Shown: positions 1 through 12,755 of the stretch, piece after piece
Layout: the number at the start of each line of letters is the position of its first letter
How positions within the stretch are numbered: position 1 is the stretch's first letter
From: Chrysomallon squamiferum
Taxonomy: Eukaryota > Animalia > Mollusca
Reading direction: 5' to 3'
Length of the DNA stretch: 64,000 nucleotides
NCBI GenBank assembly: GCA_012295275.1
Contig: CM022666.1
Location: forward strand, 11,036,001 to 11,100,000
Program-made: the position numbers and the translations under genes
The notes under the pieces: generated by a model
Told to the model about the DNA's origin: nothing
Databases searched by the model: none
What the model saw: the letters and a program-made list of their open reading frames with translations, nothing else

Positions 1-216
1 GTCTTCACTTCCTGGTGGTGGAGAAGATAACATTTTAAATAAAATTATAAAAATAAAGCTTAATCTGTTTAGAAAAATTACATTTATAATAAAAAATAAT
101 TTTAAAATACAAGATATATAATCTACCTTTAAAATAATAACAACATAAAGAACAACAAAAAACTGAAACAACAACAACAACAACAATAAAATGTAAATCT
201 TGCTTTTAGCTAGAAA

Positions 217-251
<35 letters not shown>

Positions 252-279
252 TTGTGGCAGAGTGAGTGTTTATATTTGA

Positions 280-321
<42 letters not shown>

Positions 322-879
322 ATATACATAAATTTGCATATGTATAATGTTTGTGCACATGCTGTCATTTTTTATGCATTAAGAATTTCAGTTACTTGGG
401 TTGTTTAAATGTTTGTCATTATACAAGATGCTAGGTATTTGTTTATGCTCCAAGGATCTTTTCTTCTTATTTATTTATTTATTTATAAACATACATGAAT
501 TTCAAATGTGTATTCTTCATTTATTATTTTCATTATAAAAGCAACATGTGTGTTGTCTGGTTTTTATTGTTACAGACAACCACTCAAGCACGACACTAAA
601 CCTGTCTAATAAATGTCTCAGACAATGATGATTCAGTGACATTTCATGTTTTATGTCTGTTGACAAACAGGTGATGGGCCTTACTGTGACACACCTGTAC
701 AAACTGTTTGCACACACACACACACACACACAGACACACACAACACACATACTGGCTCCTAAGCCAGAAAGAAATCAAATAAAAACAGACCCTTCCTCAT
801 TTATCTTGTTCCATCCATTTCTAAAATGTTTACAAGAAATAATTTGTTTTTGTTTATTTGTTCTTACCTTTTTTATTTT

Positions 880-896
880 ATTTATTATTATTATTA

Positions 897-950
<54 letters not shown>

Positions 951-985
951 TTAATTATTATTATTTTTAATTATTATTATTTTTA

Positions 986-1023
<38 letters not shown>
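880..1023. repeat. (ATT)n microsatellite (representative of dozens in the window)
   Basis: Direct inspection; source of poly-Y/I/L pseudo-ORFs. Confidence 0.95.
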
Positions 1024-1024
<1 letters not shown>

Positions 1025-2624
1025 TTTTTTTTTTTTTAAAGCAGTAGGTTTTGCTGTTCTTGATTTCACATTCCAGTGTCCTTTTTTACTTAATTTCTAT
1101 CTAAAGCAATATCTATCAATGTTGGAAATTGTAAAAAATCTTGGAGCCAGGCCCAACATTTACTTATTTGTTTTCATGTATATAGCAGCAGTTATTTAAC
1201 AAAAATATTCAAAATTACATTTTTTTTATTTTTCTGTTGAAAAAATTTTACATACTATTTCAGCTATGAAATTTCCTCCTATAAATATACCAGTTAATTA
1301 TGCAGAAAAATAAGAAATTTGTCAATAATTATAACTGAACCTATCCTTAACGTCAACAGTATTTTACTGTATCCATAATTATATTACTGTAATGTTTTCT
1401 TTATTGGATTTACTGTATTAGTGTTAGGTATTATGTTGTGTAACAGTGTTGTACTTTGTACGTTATTAGCTGTCCTGCTAAATTAATGTCCCAGTGTTTT
1501 CTTTAATACACTATAATTGCGTCATTGTACAATAATGTACTAACATGTTTTACAGTACAGCTAATAACATTATAGGTGTAAAAAAAAATTATACATGTAA
1601 TATTTTATTTATATATTTAAAAAAAATGTTTTTACTGGTTGTTTTGTTGTTGTTTTTTGATACTTACATTATTGATTAAATGTGTATCATGGGCCAGCTA
1701 TACAGAATTAATATATCATGATGTGTAACACATACAATAAACATATTATTTTATGATCGAGTTTAATATAATGAATGTAAACTGATACCTAAAGAAGATG
1801 TGAACAAATAATAGCATTTAAGTGTTTATATATAATCACTTTTCTCATAATTTAAAAAAAATAAAAATAAAATTAATAAAATTGATTAGATTTTCCATTC
1901 TGTTTTAAGTATATTTTATTATCAGTTAATATTTATTATTGTATTACTAAATGTTACATACAAAATTTTGCATAAACATATTTAAATGTATCAAAATAAT
2001 TTTCTTCAAAAAAATAAAAAAATAAAAAAAATAATAATAATAATTTTAATAATAAATAAATAATAAAATTAATTAACTAAAAAAATAAATTAAAATAAAA
2101 TAAAATATAATAAAATAAAGTAAAATAAAATAAATTAATTAATAAGAAATAAATTTAACAAAAATTAACTACATTCTTTTTAACTTCTGTTACACAACAT
2201 ATCTTCATGTGTCTGTTATTTTTATTTATGCAGCTGAAAACCTACTACACTTAACTGTTTGTGTTAAGAATGGTAAATGTCAAGTACACGCACTTGCATG
2301 ATGTCGTCACTGTCCACTCTGAATGTTTGAACACAGCTACTTAAACTGTGTACACCAAACAGACCTGCCCCACAAGTTCAGTACAATCCGATAAGGGTGT
2401 TTTGTTTCTCAGGTGAGTTGAGAGTGGGGATAGATTCCATTCATACATATAGAATAGATAGATGTTCACGTAGACAGACAGACAGACAAAAAATAGATAC
2501 AGATACATACATACATATACATATTTACACATAAAACTATACACACATATACAAACACTCAGGTGTATGTGCATACATACAAACATATACACACATACAA
2601 TTTACTCATATGACACACATGCAC

Positions 2625-2840
2625 ACACATACATGAATATATACAAACACACACCCCTACACATGAACGTATACATTTCACACACATACACCCCTACACA
2701 TGAACGTATAATACATTTCACACACACACCCTTACACATGAATATATACATTTCACACACACCCCTAAACATGAACATATACATTTCACACACACACCCC
2801 TAAACATAAATGTATACATTTCACACACACACCCTTACAC
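2625..2840. repeat. Minisatellite, ~32-34 bp unit, 6-7 copies
   Basis: Repeated CACACACACCCCTACACATGAA(C/T)(G/A)TATACATTT in the filamin intron. Confidence 0.85.
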
Positions 2841-3908
2841 AGAGACACATACAGATCCAATATATTCTTTACATGAATGATTACTGACCACCAAGAATTA
2901 AAATATGTTAGCTATTTATATACATGCACACACCACACCTCACCCCATTCATATAAACACATTACTCTTTCATAACTATAACTTTGTCTTGTATTAGTGC
3001 AAAGGTAAACAGGTGAACATGAAAATCCAGTTTTCAGTCACACCCAGTCGTTTTAATACTTTCTCAAAGTACAACATACCATAGTGCAAGCAGCAACAAA
3101 AGGTTTTTATACAATAAATTTAATACATTAATGAGTTTCTTTTTAAATATATTATTAATACTCTGCTTTATTACAATATTATCATGTAATCAAATGAAAT
3201 AAAATAAATCCTACAGAACTTATAAGGATATATTTAATTGTTTTTAAAGATTATAATGCTGAATATTTTGTGTAAAATTATTTTAACTCCATATCATTAA
3301 AATAACTTTTAAAATGATTATTTATATTTTCTTATTAAAGCTCTTTACAGATTAATAATAAAAACATATTTAAGTTTACCACAAATATTAATAAAATATT
3401 CCAATGAAATAATGTCCAAAGTTTTATTTTATAATTATAATGCTAGAAATTAAATAGTATTTAAAATAAACATTTTATTGATAAAAATATCTTTCTTATT
3501 TTATGTATATTACAAAGTAATTATTGAAATTAAATGTAATATTTTACATTAAGTTACAGTTTATAGCTATAAAGTTATAGTTTGAATCTGTGTATCTCTT
3601 TGGTGTTCTAACTGCTGCAGTTATACAGATAAGCAGAGAGCTGGACAGACAGATTAATTGGTATGATTATACAGAAACTTTTATGTAGACAGACAGACAG
3701 ACAGACAGATAAATAGGCTGACTGAAAGATAGGTAGACTGTGACAGACATGTTACAATTTATTAAAAATGTGTGCAAAGCTTTAAATTTCTGTCCTAGTA
3801 TGAGCATTGTACGAGTGATGTTTAAAAATATTATTTAATAGGTGCTGTAATTATTATCTGCATTTGTAATGAATTTTTTTTAAGAATATTTTAATTTACA
3901 TGAATTTA

Positions 3909-3941
<33 letters not shown>

Positions 3942-4033
3942 TATTTATTTATGTTTTTTTACCTTGTTTGAAGATGATAAAAGAAAGTTTAGAAATAATT
4001 TGAAACCTGTGGTTAAATCAGGTGTATATTTAC

Positions 4034-4373
4034 CTATGTTTACAAGTTTCACATTGTCTTGAGCTATCGCATTCAGCGCCAGGGTGACATTCTCCAGGTA
4101 CTGATGTTGGTTCATGGGCTTCTTGATCACCCTCCCCACCTTCTTTTTCTGCAGAGCCTCCACCAGAACACAGAGTTTAACTCCATCACACAGGTCTGTC
4201 TGCAGGTCCTCCACAACCAGCTCCGAGCCTTGCAGCTGAAGATTCACCCAGTTGGTGAACGTACTCTGCTGTATTGTTATCCACTTGTCACTATCCCCAA
4301 CCCCACCCTTCACAGAAAAGCCCCTCCCTTCTCTAGATCTGGCCTGTTGGCCAATAATGTCGAGTTCGGTCAT
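4034..4373 (-). CDS. jbug: Filamin, first coding exon (CH1 actin-binding domain); jitterbug/fln-2-type. The rest of the gene lies left of the window.
   Basis: 113 codons +1 nt: MTELDIIGQQARSREG...KWITIQQSTFTNWVNLQL...DLCDGVKLCVLVEALQ...NQHQYLENVTLALNAI..DNVKLVNI(G). This is a filamin CH1 signature. Phase-1 donor AG|GTAAAT at 4033. ARSxEG, NQHxYLEN and KLVNIG match my recollection of the jitterbug clade rather than cheerio/FLNA. Confidence 0.9.
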
Positions 4374-5030
4374 TTTAAGTCAGATTCGTTTCTTTTATTG
4401 ATTTGTTTTAAATGTTACCTTTAATAATAAAATCCAGGTGAATGAAGATATAATTTTACAAATGTTTTTTATATTTCCTTGAAGGTGAAAACGAATTATG
4501 CCGCCACACCTCTAAATGACGTCTGCTTCTTGTTGTCTGAAATTCTCCGACCTCTCTCTCTCTCCTGTCGTCTGCACGAATTGTACGTCCCGTTTGCAGA
4601 GTGAGCTGAACAAGGCTCACGTACCGGACAGGTAAATTCCGTCTGTTACAGCTTGACTCACACTTGTAAATTCCACCAGGCTGCACTGATGTGTCGCCCA
4701 AAGTGATGAGCGAGAGGAAAAAACAAAACCCACTGTTTGACTCGATTCTTCGCTCTTCGCAGAGAAGTGACTATACCTGCTGTACGGGTGCAACGTTTGG
4801 AAAGACGGAAGCCTACCCGAAGTGAACCGAAGCCAGTCGTCAGAAGACGGAGACACCCATGAACCTGTTGTTATTTGGGTGTTGGCTCTACGTGTGTCTT
4901 TCACAGGCTTTACATATTCAAATTTTCGCGACAAACCGGTTTGGCCTGACAAAGGGCACACTTCGTGATGTTCGTATCAAGCGATCATTTAACACGCTAT
5001 TTGCCGCTCGGAATGTGTCGGGAAATATCG
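4374..5030 (-). promoter_or_regulatory. Filamin 5' UTR / promoter region (CpG-retaining, GC-richer block)
   Basis: Abrupt rise in GC and CpG directly upstream of the filamin ATG. The overlapping short ORFs have no recognisable domain. The TSS cannot be located. Confidence 0.45.
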
Positions 5031-5358
5031 GCTTTTTATACATTGATTTTCATTCTTAATCAAATACTTTTATTCCTAAATAACAATAGGGGTAATAATG
5101 AGGACAAAGAAGTTAAATAAGCTGAGAGTTTTTAAATTTTGTAAACGCTCATATAAAACGTTACTTATTTATCAGCTGATCTCGTAAAACAGACGTCCGA
5201 AACAGATTGTTGTTATTACAGTTATTATTATTATTATTACTGTTATTATTATTATTGTTGTTGTTGTTGTTGTTATTATTATTATTGTTGTTGTTGTTGT
5301 TAATAGTTTTTACTATTTCCCATTCCATTCTGTGTTCATGATCGAATAAGTGTAACCC

Positions 5359-5396
<38 letters not shown>

Positions 5397-5542
5397 TATG
5401 TATTTAAAATCTTTTAAAATTTCATGAAAGAAACATTTCATTTACTTATTAATCACATTATTTCGTTTATTATTTATTAATATATCTGTCGGTTTCTCTG
5501 TAGGTCTATCTGTTGCTGTATCTAGTTGACGATATGTGTGTG

Positions 5543-5545
<3 letters not shown>

Positions 5546-5607
<62 letters not shown>
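5546..5607. repeat. (GA)n microsatellite
   Basis: Direct inspection; similar tracts at 17780, 19343, 21979, 28701, 40528, 46525, 50963 and 52693. Confidence 0.95.
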
Positions 5608-5610
<3 letters not shown>

Positions 5611-6357
5611 ATTGGTGATCTTATTTTGATTTTTTAAAGACTACAAAAATTAATAAAACTGTAAAAACTATTCGGCGTTCTCATTACCCGAATATACTTC
5701 TCAGAAAACCTAATTTCAAAACTGTAATATTCTTTTTTAAATTCAACTTCGGACCTTTAAATTTGTTTTATTATTGTTTTATTTTATCTTTTCTATCAGA
5801 ATTTCTGTTTTTCGTTCCAACTAGTATGCAAGCATCGTTTATCAAAAGCCATATTCTTTCTTTCTTTCTTTCTATTTTTCTTTTTCTTCTTCTTCTTCTT
5901 CTTCGTTATTATTTATTTTTTTATTTTACTCCTGTTTTTAGCCAGATAAAATATTCCTGTTGCTGGTAAATAAATAGGCATTTTGGTATTTGTGAGCAAG
6001 TTTCTGTGCGTTTATATCCACATGTTGATGCTTGCAACAATATTATCTAAACGAATGTAAACTAATAATAAAATGTAATTATATGTAAATAAATTTAATG
6101 AAAGCATAATAAGAAATGTTTGAACTTTAATATATTATTTATAAAAATTAATAGACGATAGTTCATTTTTATCAGCTGAGAATTTAACGATCAAGGGAGA
6201 TAATCCAAATTTCTCTTAACAATTTGGCTGACAATTGTTGTCGTTCGTGAAGAAAATTAATATAGCATTTTTCTATTTGCGTCTAGAGCAGTGGTTCCCA
6301 GCCATTTTAGTACCATGCCCCACCTTTTTATCACAAATTTCTTCATGTCCCCCACCC

Positions 6358-6453
6358 GTTAATTGTTTGGTATGATATAACAATATAAGTTAATTGTTTA
6401 GTATGATATAACAATATCAGTTAATTGTTTAGTATGATATAACAATATCAGTT
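6358..6453. repeat. 31-bp tandem repeat x3 in the hAT subterminal region
   Basis: GTTAATTGTTT(G/A)GTATGATATAACAATAT(A/C)A at 6358, 6389 and 6420. Confidence 0.95.
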
Positions 6454-6584
6454 TTGAAGAACTATAACATAAAAAATTGTATCTTTCAAATAAAACTAAA
6501 GGGTTTAACTTCAAATTTAATCAAATAAAATCCATTTTATAATGTGTATAACATATCAGATAAAATAAATTCAATTACACTCAA

Positions 6585-7610
6585 TTAATGAGACCCTTGA
6601 GCCTGATGTCTACTGCAAAGAGATTTTATCCGAGGCAGAAATTTTGTTAATTTCAATCTCAAATTGCCTGGTTTAGTGATATCCAGTCGGTTTCTTTTCT
6701 TCAGTAATAAGTCATTCACAGCACTAAATCCACATTCCACTAAGTATGACGATGGGAATGGTAACAGTAGTTTTCTTGCCAAACTACTTGTATTTGGATA
6801 TTTAGCTTGTGTTTCTTCACAGAGCCACATCATTGTTCCTTTTATTTTGAACAGGGCTTTAATCGAGTCATCATTTTGTAATTCCGAAAGTTCTCCTTGA
6901 TACTCCATGGTTACATCTGACAGATCCACTAGCAATGGCTGAGTCATCCAAGATGGATAATTAATTTCTTTCAAATCAGAAAATCTGAAGTTGAAATTGC
7001 TTACCATTATTTTTAAGTGCTCCACAATAACAAGACAAGTAGCATCTGTTATCTCACATTTATTCAGCCAATAAAATTGTTCAAATTTTTTTGACTGAAA
7101 TATTTTCTTGGGAAAATTCCAGAAATGATATAAAGCCAAATATCTTGGCCTTTGAATTAACAAGAGTCATATTTGTCCTTGGAGCTCCTTATTTAAGACA
7201 CTGAGTTTTTCAAATATATCTGCTAAATAACTGACAAGTGCTTTACCATCAACAGTCAGTAACAGAGTCATATAAGGTTTGTCATCCAAGAACTCACTAA
7301 GAATATCAAATAATTCCATGAATCTGTTCAGGCAATTCCCCTTTGATAACCATCTTACATCAATATGAAGTAATAATCTTACAAAGTCTGCATTTTGATC
7401 CTTGCAAAATTGTTTGAAAAGATGCTCACATTTGGCATTACCTTTTATAGTGTTGATGCATTTTATAACTGCATTCAATGTCTTGTTTAGAAGAGGGGAA
7501 ACATTTTTGGAAACTAAATTCTGTCTATGAATAACACAATGCACTAACAACATTTGGGGATTGTCATCTTTCAATAATTTTAAAACTCCATTTTCTTGCC
7601 CATCATCACT
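6585..7610 (-). pseudogene. hAT transposase C-terminal half (ZBED8/SCAND3/Buster-like), frameshifted, N-terminus deleted
   Basis: Motifs HCVIHRQNL (CxxH), VRWLSKG, LLPFPSSYLVECGFS and C-terminal HQAQGSH. Apparent 1-nt frameshifts near 7592, 7175 and 7090. The frame MTLVNSKAKIFGFISFLE bridges the two listed ORFs. Confidence 0.9.
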
Positions 7611-10600
7611 CTGATTTTTTACCTTCACCGGGAGCGTTGAGCAGCTGACTAAAACTCACCTTCTTAAACAAGTCAGAAGCCACGCATATAGCTGGTGCCA
7701 GATGCACGGTAACATTAGTGGGTGAACACTTGACTAGACTGCACAAGCTGTTGTGCTCAGCTGGGTTGTAATTACAATTTTACCCTAAACATTTATAATT
7801 TTTACCCATATACCCATATAGGGTAAAATAAAATAAAAATGTTGATATTACTATATTTTTCATAGTGCCCCCCCACCCTATTATTATTGAATTGTCCCCC
7901 AGTGGGAATCACTGGTCTAGGATGTTGTTAATCTTTATAACCCTAGATGTCAGTTAATATGATTCTACAATGAACTGTCATTGTGTGTGTGTGTGTGTGT
8001 GTGTTCCAATCAGAGTTAATATCTCTTTTCTCTAGTCAAATAAAATGCATGTTTTGATTTTAACAAAAAATTATTCACTTGTTATGGTTATTACTTTAAA
8101 TTAATTAAAATCTTTATTTATGCAAGGGTTAAAATTCAGTGGTGCATAGATGATATTGATTTTGATTTTTCTATACTCCAGTCTCTCTATTTATTTCTAT
8201 ATTTGTAACTAACTTTGAGCAGAGCCAGTATTTCACAAAAGTGGGATATTGTTAATTTAACTGTTGATGTCAAACCACTAACTGTGCATTCTAGTAGTAC
8301 TATTCACAACAAAACTTGTTAAATAACAACAGATTTATTTTAACTATTTTCTTGTATACAATCTAAACCACATTTATATTAACCCTTAAATACATTAGGT
8401 GCAGATCGAGAATGATGTTTTTGTAAGATGGAAACCCATTACACTTAAATAAGTTGATACTTTAACTGGAGAGAAACAAAAAGTACATAAGTGATTCTAC
8501 TTTTCAAATTAAGATTTTTCATTTTGACAGATAGCCAACCCAAAACATTCATGGATAAACTCCTGAATATGAATAATGATTGTCACAATGCACCCCTCCA
8601 TGACTATTGCAAAATGAACAGTTAATGATGCCACATATCAAATACTGTTTTGACATAGTATAAATCAGTACAGTTAAGATATGTAGAATTAACTGTTTCA
8701 CCCTTGAATCACTTCAGTGACAGGTAACTTGTTTCACATTATTGAAGAACAAAATGAAAACCCTACAGTCAGTTTAACACTTTTTCTCCTGTTTGTTACA
8801 AAATTAACAAAACATGCAAAAAATACAGTTATTAAACCTTTCTGTCCTGTCTGGTATAATATTATAATTTCAAAACAAATAAAAATTAAATTCAGTTAAT
8901 ATTTTTTCTCCTATATCTCTCCATACTGATAAGCAGTATTAAAATATTTCTTAATTAACACTTTCACTTCAATGAGTAATTAATTATATTAAGACTTTTT
9001 ACACTGGAACTGCTAGCAGACTATTATGAAAATATACAACTACATAAACATCAGTTAATTCTTCGCTCTCTGTACATCAAATAGGGACAGACAGAAAGAA
9101 AACATGATTGTTAAGAATGAAATAGTTAACAAAGTTATTTTGATCTCCAGGTCTTACTGTATAATTAAATTTTATAACCTCTGATATATCTAATTCATTC
9201 AGATCTCTAAGATTTTTTTTTGTTCTTTTTATAATAAAATGAAATTTAAATAATAATAATAATAACAATAATAGTAATAATAATAATAATAATAATAAAA
9301 GCAACAAAAACAATAAAAACAAATATAAATATTTTTGAGTGTAATACCCACATTCTCTCTCTCTCTCTCTCCATCTTTTTATTTCTCTCTTTTCTCAACC
9401 ATACATATATAAATATAAATATAAACAAAATAATTTATTGTGAATTTTCAATGTATTATTAATATCCAGGCCCAATACAGTTTGTTTTACAAATACCATA
9501 AAAATAACATTTCATATGTAAAAATAAAAAGATCATTAATATCTTCATTTTGTTACTTTACATTCCCAAACTATCAAAACCATTCCATGTAGAACATTTT
9601 TTTTTTAATTAATTTACATTGACCTTTCTGCTATTTATCAACAACAGAATCCATATTTATTAAAAACAATAAAATAAATAAGACAGAAAAAAAACAAAAG
9701 GTAAAAATGATTTTGTTGTTTTAACATTTTTAATACTGGTTTACCACATTTACAATTAATGTTTTAATCAAGAACTAATGATATATTATGTATTTATGTT
9801 CACCATGTTTGCAATGTGCAAAATATTCAAAACTTATAAAGACTGTTTAAGATGTAAAACAAAAAAAATATTTTTACCATTTCAGTAAATTTTGGCCAAT
9901 TTTGATAGTTTAGAATGTTTGACAATACTGTTATGTTAAAATGTATTAAATAAATTAAAAGCAATAAAAATAAAATTAACAATTTACCAATATAAACAAC
10001 AATCGGTTATAAACAATTAATATTTTCACAATACCAAACTTCCCAAATAATAATTAAAACCCTCAGATCTGTCATTAATAACTAAATAATAACTAAAACT
10101 AGTAAGTCACATTTCAGTAAATTTCCATTTGAACAGTTTTTGACATATAGTTTCCGAATTAGTAAATAAATGAATACATATATTTGCCATTTAGATAAAA
10201 ATGGAAACAAATAAAATACATGTTATTTTTTAACTTTTATAACTTTTTCCAAAGAAATAACAAATACATTTTTATTTATCTTATTCCCACATTTACAGTC
10301 ATTTTAAATTGCAAAAGTACATTTACTTACATTTTATCTCATCAATATAAGACATATATTTCCAATGCTTTTTTATTATAGTTTATCTAAAACATTTATC
10401 TCCCCTTTCCCACCAAAACATTTGTGACTTTATACACAGACCACCTCAGTAATATAGACACATTTAACATTTCAGTAAAAATATTTGGAACATAATTAAC
10501 AGTTTTTCCAACTCCATTTTTATACTTGTTTTATTTTCCAACTGCAATCTGAAAAAAAAATATTTAGATAAATATATGATTAAATCAAATAAATAAAAAA

Positions 10601-10781
10601 ATTAAATTAAGGAGACATAATGAATGTGTAACATAATTATTTCTTCTGTTATTATTGTTATTATTTATTATTATTATTATTGTTATTGTTATTGTTATTA
10701 TTATTATTATTATTGTTATTGTTATTGTTATTGTTATTGTTATTGTTATTGTTATCGTTATCGTTATCGTTATTATTATTA

Positions 10782-11561
10782 CCGTATATACTTGTGTACA
10801 AGGCGACCTTATGTATAAGTCGATGTGTATTTTAAGACCAAAAATTGCGTCATTTTAGGTATTACTTGTGTATAAGTCGACTGTAGATTCCAGGCACTGT
10901 CACTATTTTTAGACCAGCGTGACAGTGCCATGAATGCCTACATTGTATGCCTACTGTAACATAACTTGCACGAACATACCATAATAACGTAAATGCATGT
11001 ATTACACGAGCTATAGCCTAAATGTATCGTAAATAGTATCTCTTTAATGTAATAGGTCTAACATGGAGACCTAACTTACCGTTCTGTGATTTACAAAATT
11101 TGTCGGTAGTGGATATTAATGATGACTGCAATATTATTTCACCAAATTCTTTACAATTAAACAAGTGAGTTTTGTTTATGAAATTATGACCGATATTTAG
11201 TGCAATTTGGCAGAGAAGTCTGCATTCCTAGATCATTGCAAGACGCCGTAAGGCATAATGCCGTACTGACGGTTTTCTCGCTTTAAAATGTATTTTTATG
11301 TCATTAAACGGAAGAATATCATGTTTTACATTCATATTTGGTTTTGTTATATAATTTTTCAAAACTTTTTATACGATAAAATTATATTTTTGAAAAGCTG
11401 AAAGACCGCGATTATTTTAGATGCATCCCATAGCAAAAAATTGTCAAAATGGCGACTTTTCAGCAACAGCTACAAAAGCATTACCTATGTATAAGTTGAC
11501 CCCCAAAATATTACCTTAATATAGTCTCCCAAAAATTCGACTTATACACAAGTATATACGG
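10782..11561. mobile_element. Non-autonomous Tc1/mariner-superfamily element (pogo/Tc2-like MITE), 780 bp
   Basis: TA at 10780-81 and 11562-63. 25-bp TIRs CCGTATATACTTGTGTACAAGGCGA / TCGACTTATACACAAGTATATACGG (2 mismatches). Internal copies of TGTATAAGTCGA. Internal 11-bp inverted repeat GGCACTGTCAC..GTGACAGTGCC (10893-10929). No ORF. Inserted in an ATT/ATTGTT microsatellite. Confidence 0.9.
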
Positions 11562-12255
11562 TATTATTATTATTTCAGTTACAAGAATTTTCAAAATTAA
11601 ATACTACATCATTTACAGTTTTTATAATAATTTACCAAACAAAATATTATAGCACATGGTTTTCAGCATTTCACAAGAATACTTTACATCTATTATTTGT
11701 TTTAATTGTGAGAAGTAAACTAGCTAAGATGCCTATAAAAGTGATTAGTTCACACAAACTGGTGCATGTCAGTGAAAACAAATAATTACTACTGTTATCA
11801 TCATCATCATTATTAGTTTTTATTATTTATTTTCTTATGTTATACATTACCTTTACAATGTTCTCCTATTTATTTTGAGATTAAAGAGGGTTTTTCTTCA
11901 ATTATTTAATTTGCTTGTTTCATTATTTTTCATTTATTTATTTTACATTAATGTTTATATCTCTCTTACGTAAATCTTGTCCATATATTTGTTGATTTTT
12001 ACTGTTTGAATTATTTATTTATTTTATATACACACATAAATAATGTACCTTACTGTTGTTATTTAGAAAATCAAACAGTCTCAACATTTTCAGTATCAGT
12101 TAATGCCAATACTTGTTTATTTAATTATTTTATTTATTCATTCATTCTTCTGCTTTTTTTCTTCTTATTATTATTAACATTATTACTTTTCTTTCTTTTT
12201 TTATATTTTATTTATTTATTTATGTGCTGGTACCTTACTGTTGTTAGTTAGAGAA

Positions 12256-12359
12256 TCAAACAATTTGAACCTCTTCCATATCTATGAGATCCAGTTCTTC
12301 TGCCTCTTCAGGTGTCATGTACATTGAGGCATGGGCCATCACAACAAAGAAACTAGCAC
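12256..12359 (-). CDS. RABAC1: PRA1 coding exon 5 (stop)
   Basis: TTGCAG acceptor; (G)ASFFVVMAHASMYMTPEEAEELDLIDMEEVQIV*. Acidic tail with DxEE and terminal Val as in PRA1. Total CDS is 585 nt = 194 aa + stop. Confidence 0.93.
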
Positions 12360-12485
12360 CTGCAATTAACAACAAACAAACCCCAATTATAATTAAAAAC
12401 AAAGAAACTAGTACTAACATCAAAGAAAACTCTTGTAATAAACAAGAAAGAAACCGGTACATAATTCAAATCGAAGAAAATAACG

Positions 12486-12669
12486 TACCAATAATCCAGA
12501 AGACAAAATGACTTACCAATAATTCAGAAGACAAAATGACTTACCAATAATTCAGAAGACAAAATGACTTACCAATAATTCAGAAGACAAAATAACTTAC
12601 CAATAATCCAGACAACAAAATGACTTACAAAAATGCAGATGAAAATAACTTACCAATAATCCAGAAGAC
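12486..12669 (-). repeat. 28-bp tandem repeat derived from the PRA1 exon 4/intron 4 junction, ~6-7 copies
   Basis: Unit TACCAATAAT(T/C)CAGAAGACAAAAT(G/A)ACT at 12486, 12514, 12542, 12570 and 12598, a degenerate copy at ~12626, and the true exon end at 12651-12669. Confidence 0.93.
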
Positions 12670-12755
12670 CACTGATCCAGCTCCTGCCATCCAGAACAGT
12701 GGAAAGGACAAAGCTGCCACACCCATGTACTGTTGTGTAAGGGTTATTTCACGAC
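12654..12755 (-). CDS. RABAC1: PRA1 coding exon 4
   Basis: TTCTTAG acceptor; (G)REITLTQQYMGVAALSFPLFWMAGAGSVVFWII(G); G|GTAAGT donor. 102 nt. Matches the PRA1 SFP.FW.AGAGS.VFW..G motif. Confidence 0.95.

Larger units (their letters stand above)
6289..7914 (-). mobile_element. Internally deleted hAT DNA transposon (Buster/Charlie type), 1626 bp
   Basis: TIRs CAGTGGTTCCCA (6289) and TGGGAATCACTG (ends 7914), 11/12 match. Flanks GTCTAGAG (6281-6288) and GTCTAGGA (7915-7922) form a degenerate 8-bp TSD of the nTCTAGAn type. Contains a transposase remnant. Confidence 0.92.

Noticed and set aside
4059-4424. Plus-strand 121-aa ORF
   Set aside because: Antisense to the filamin exon; no independent evidence.
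12486-12669. CRISPR-like appearance of the 28-31 bp repeats (also 6358 and 37861)
   Set aside because: Head-to-tail units without unique spacers, eukaryotic context, no cas genes.
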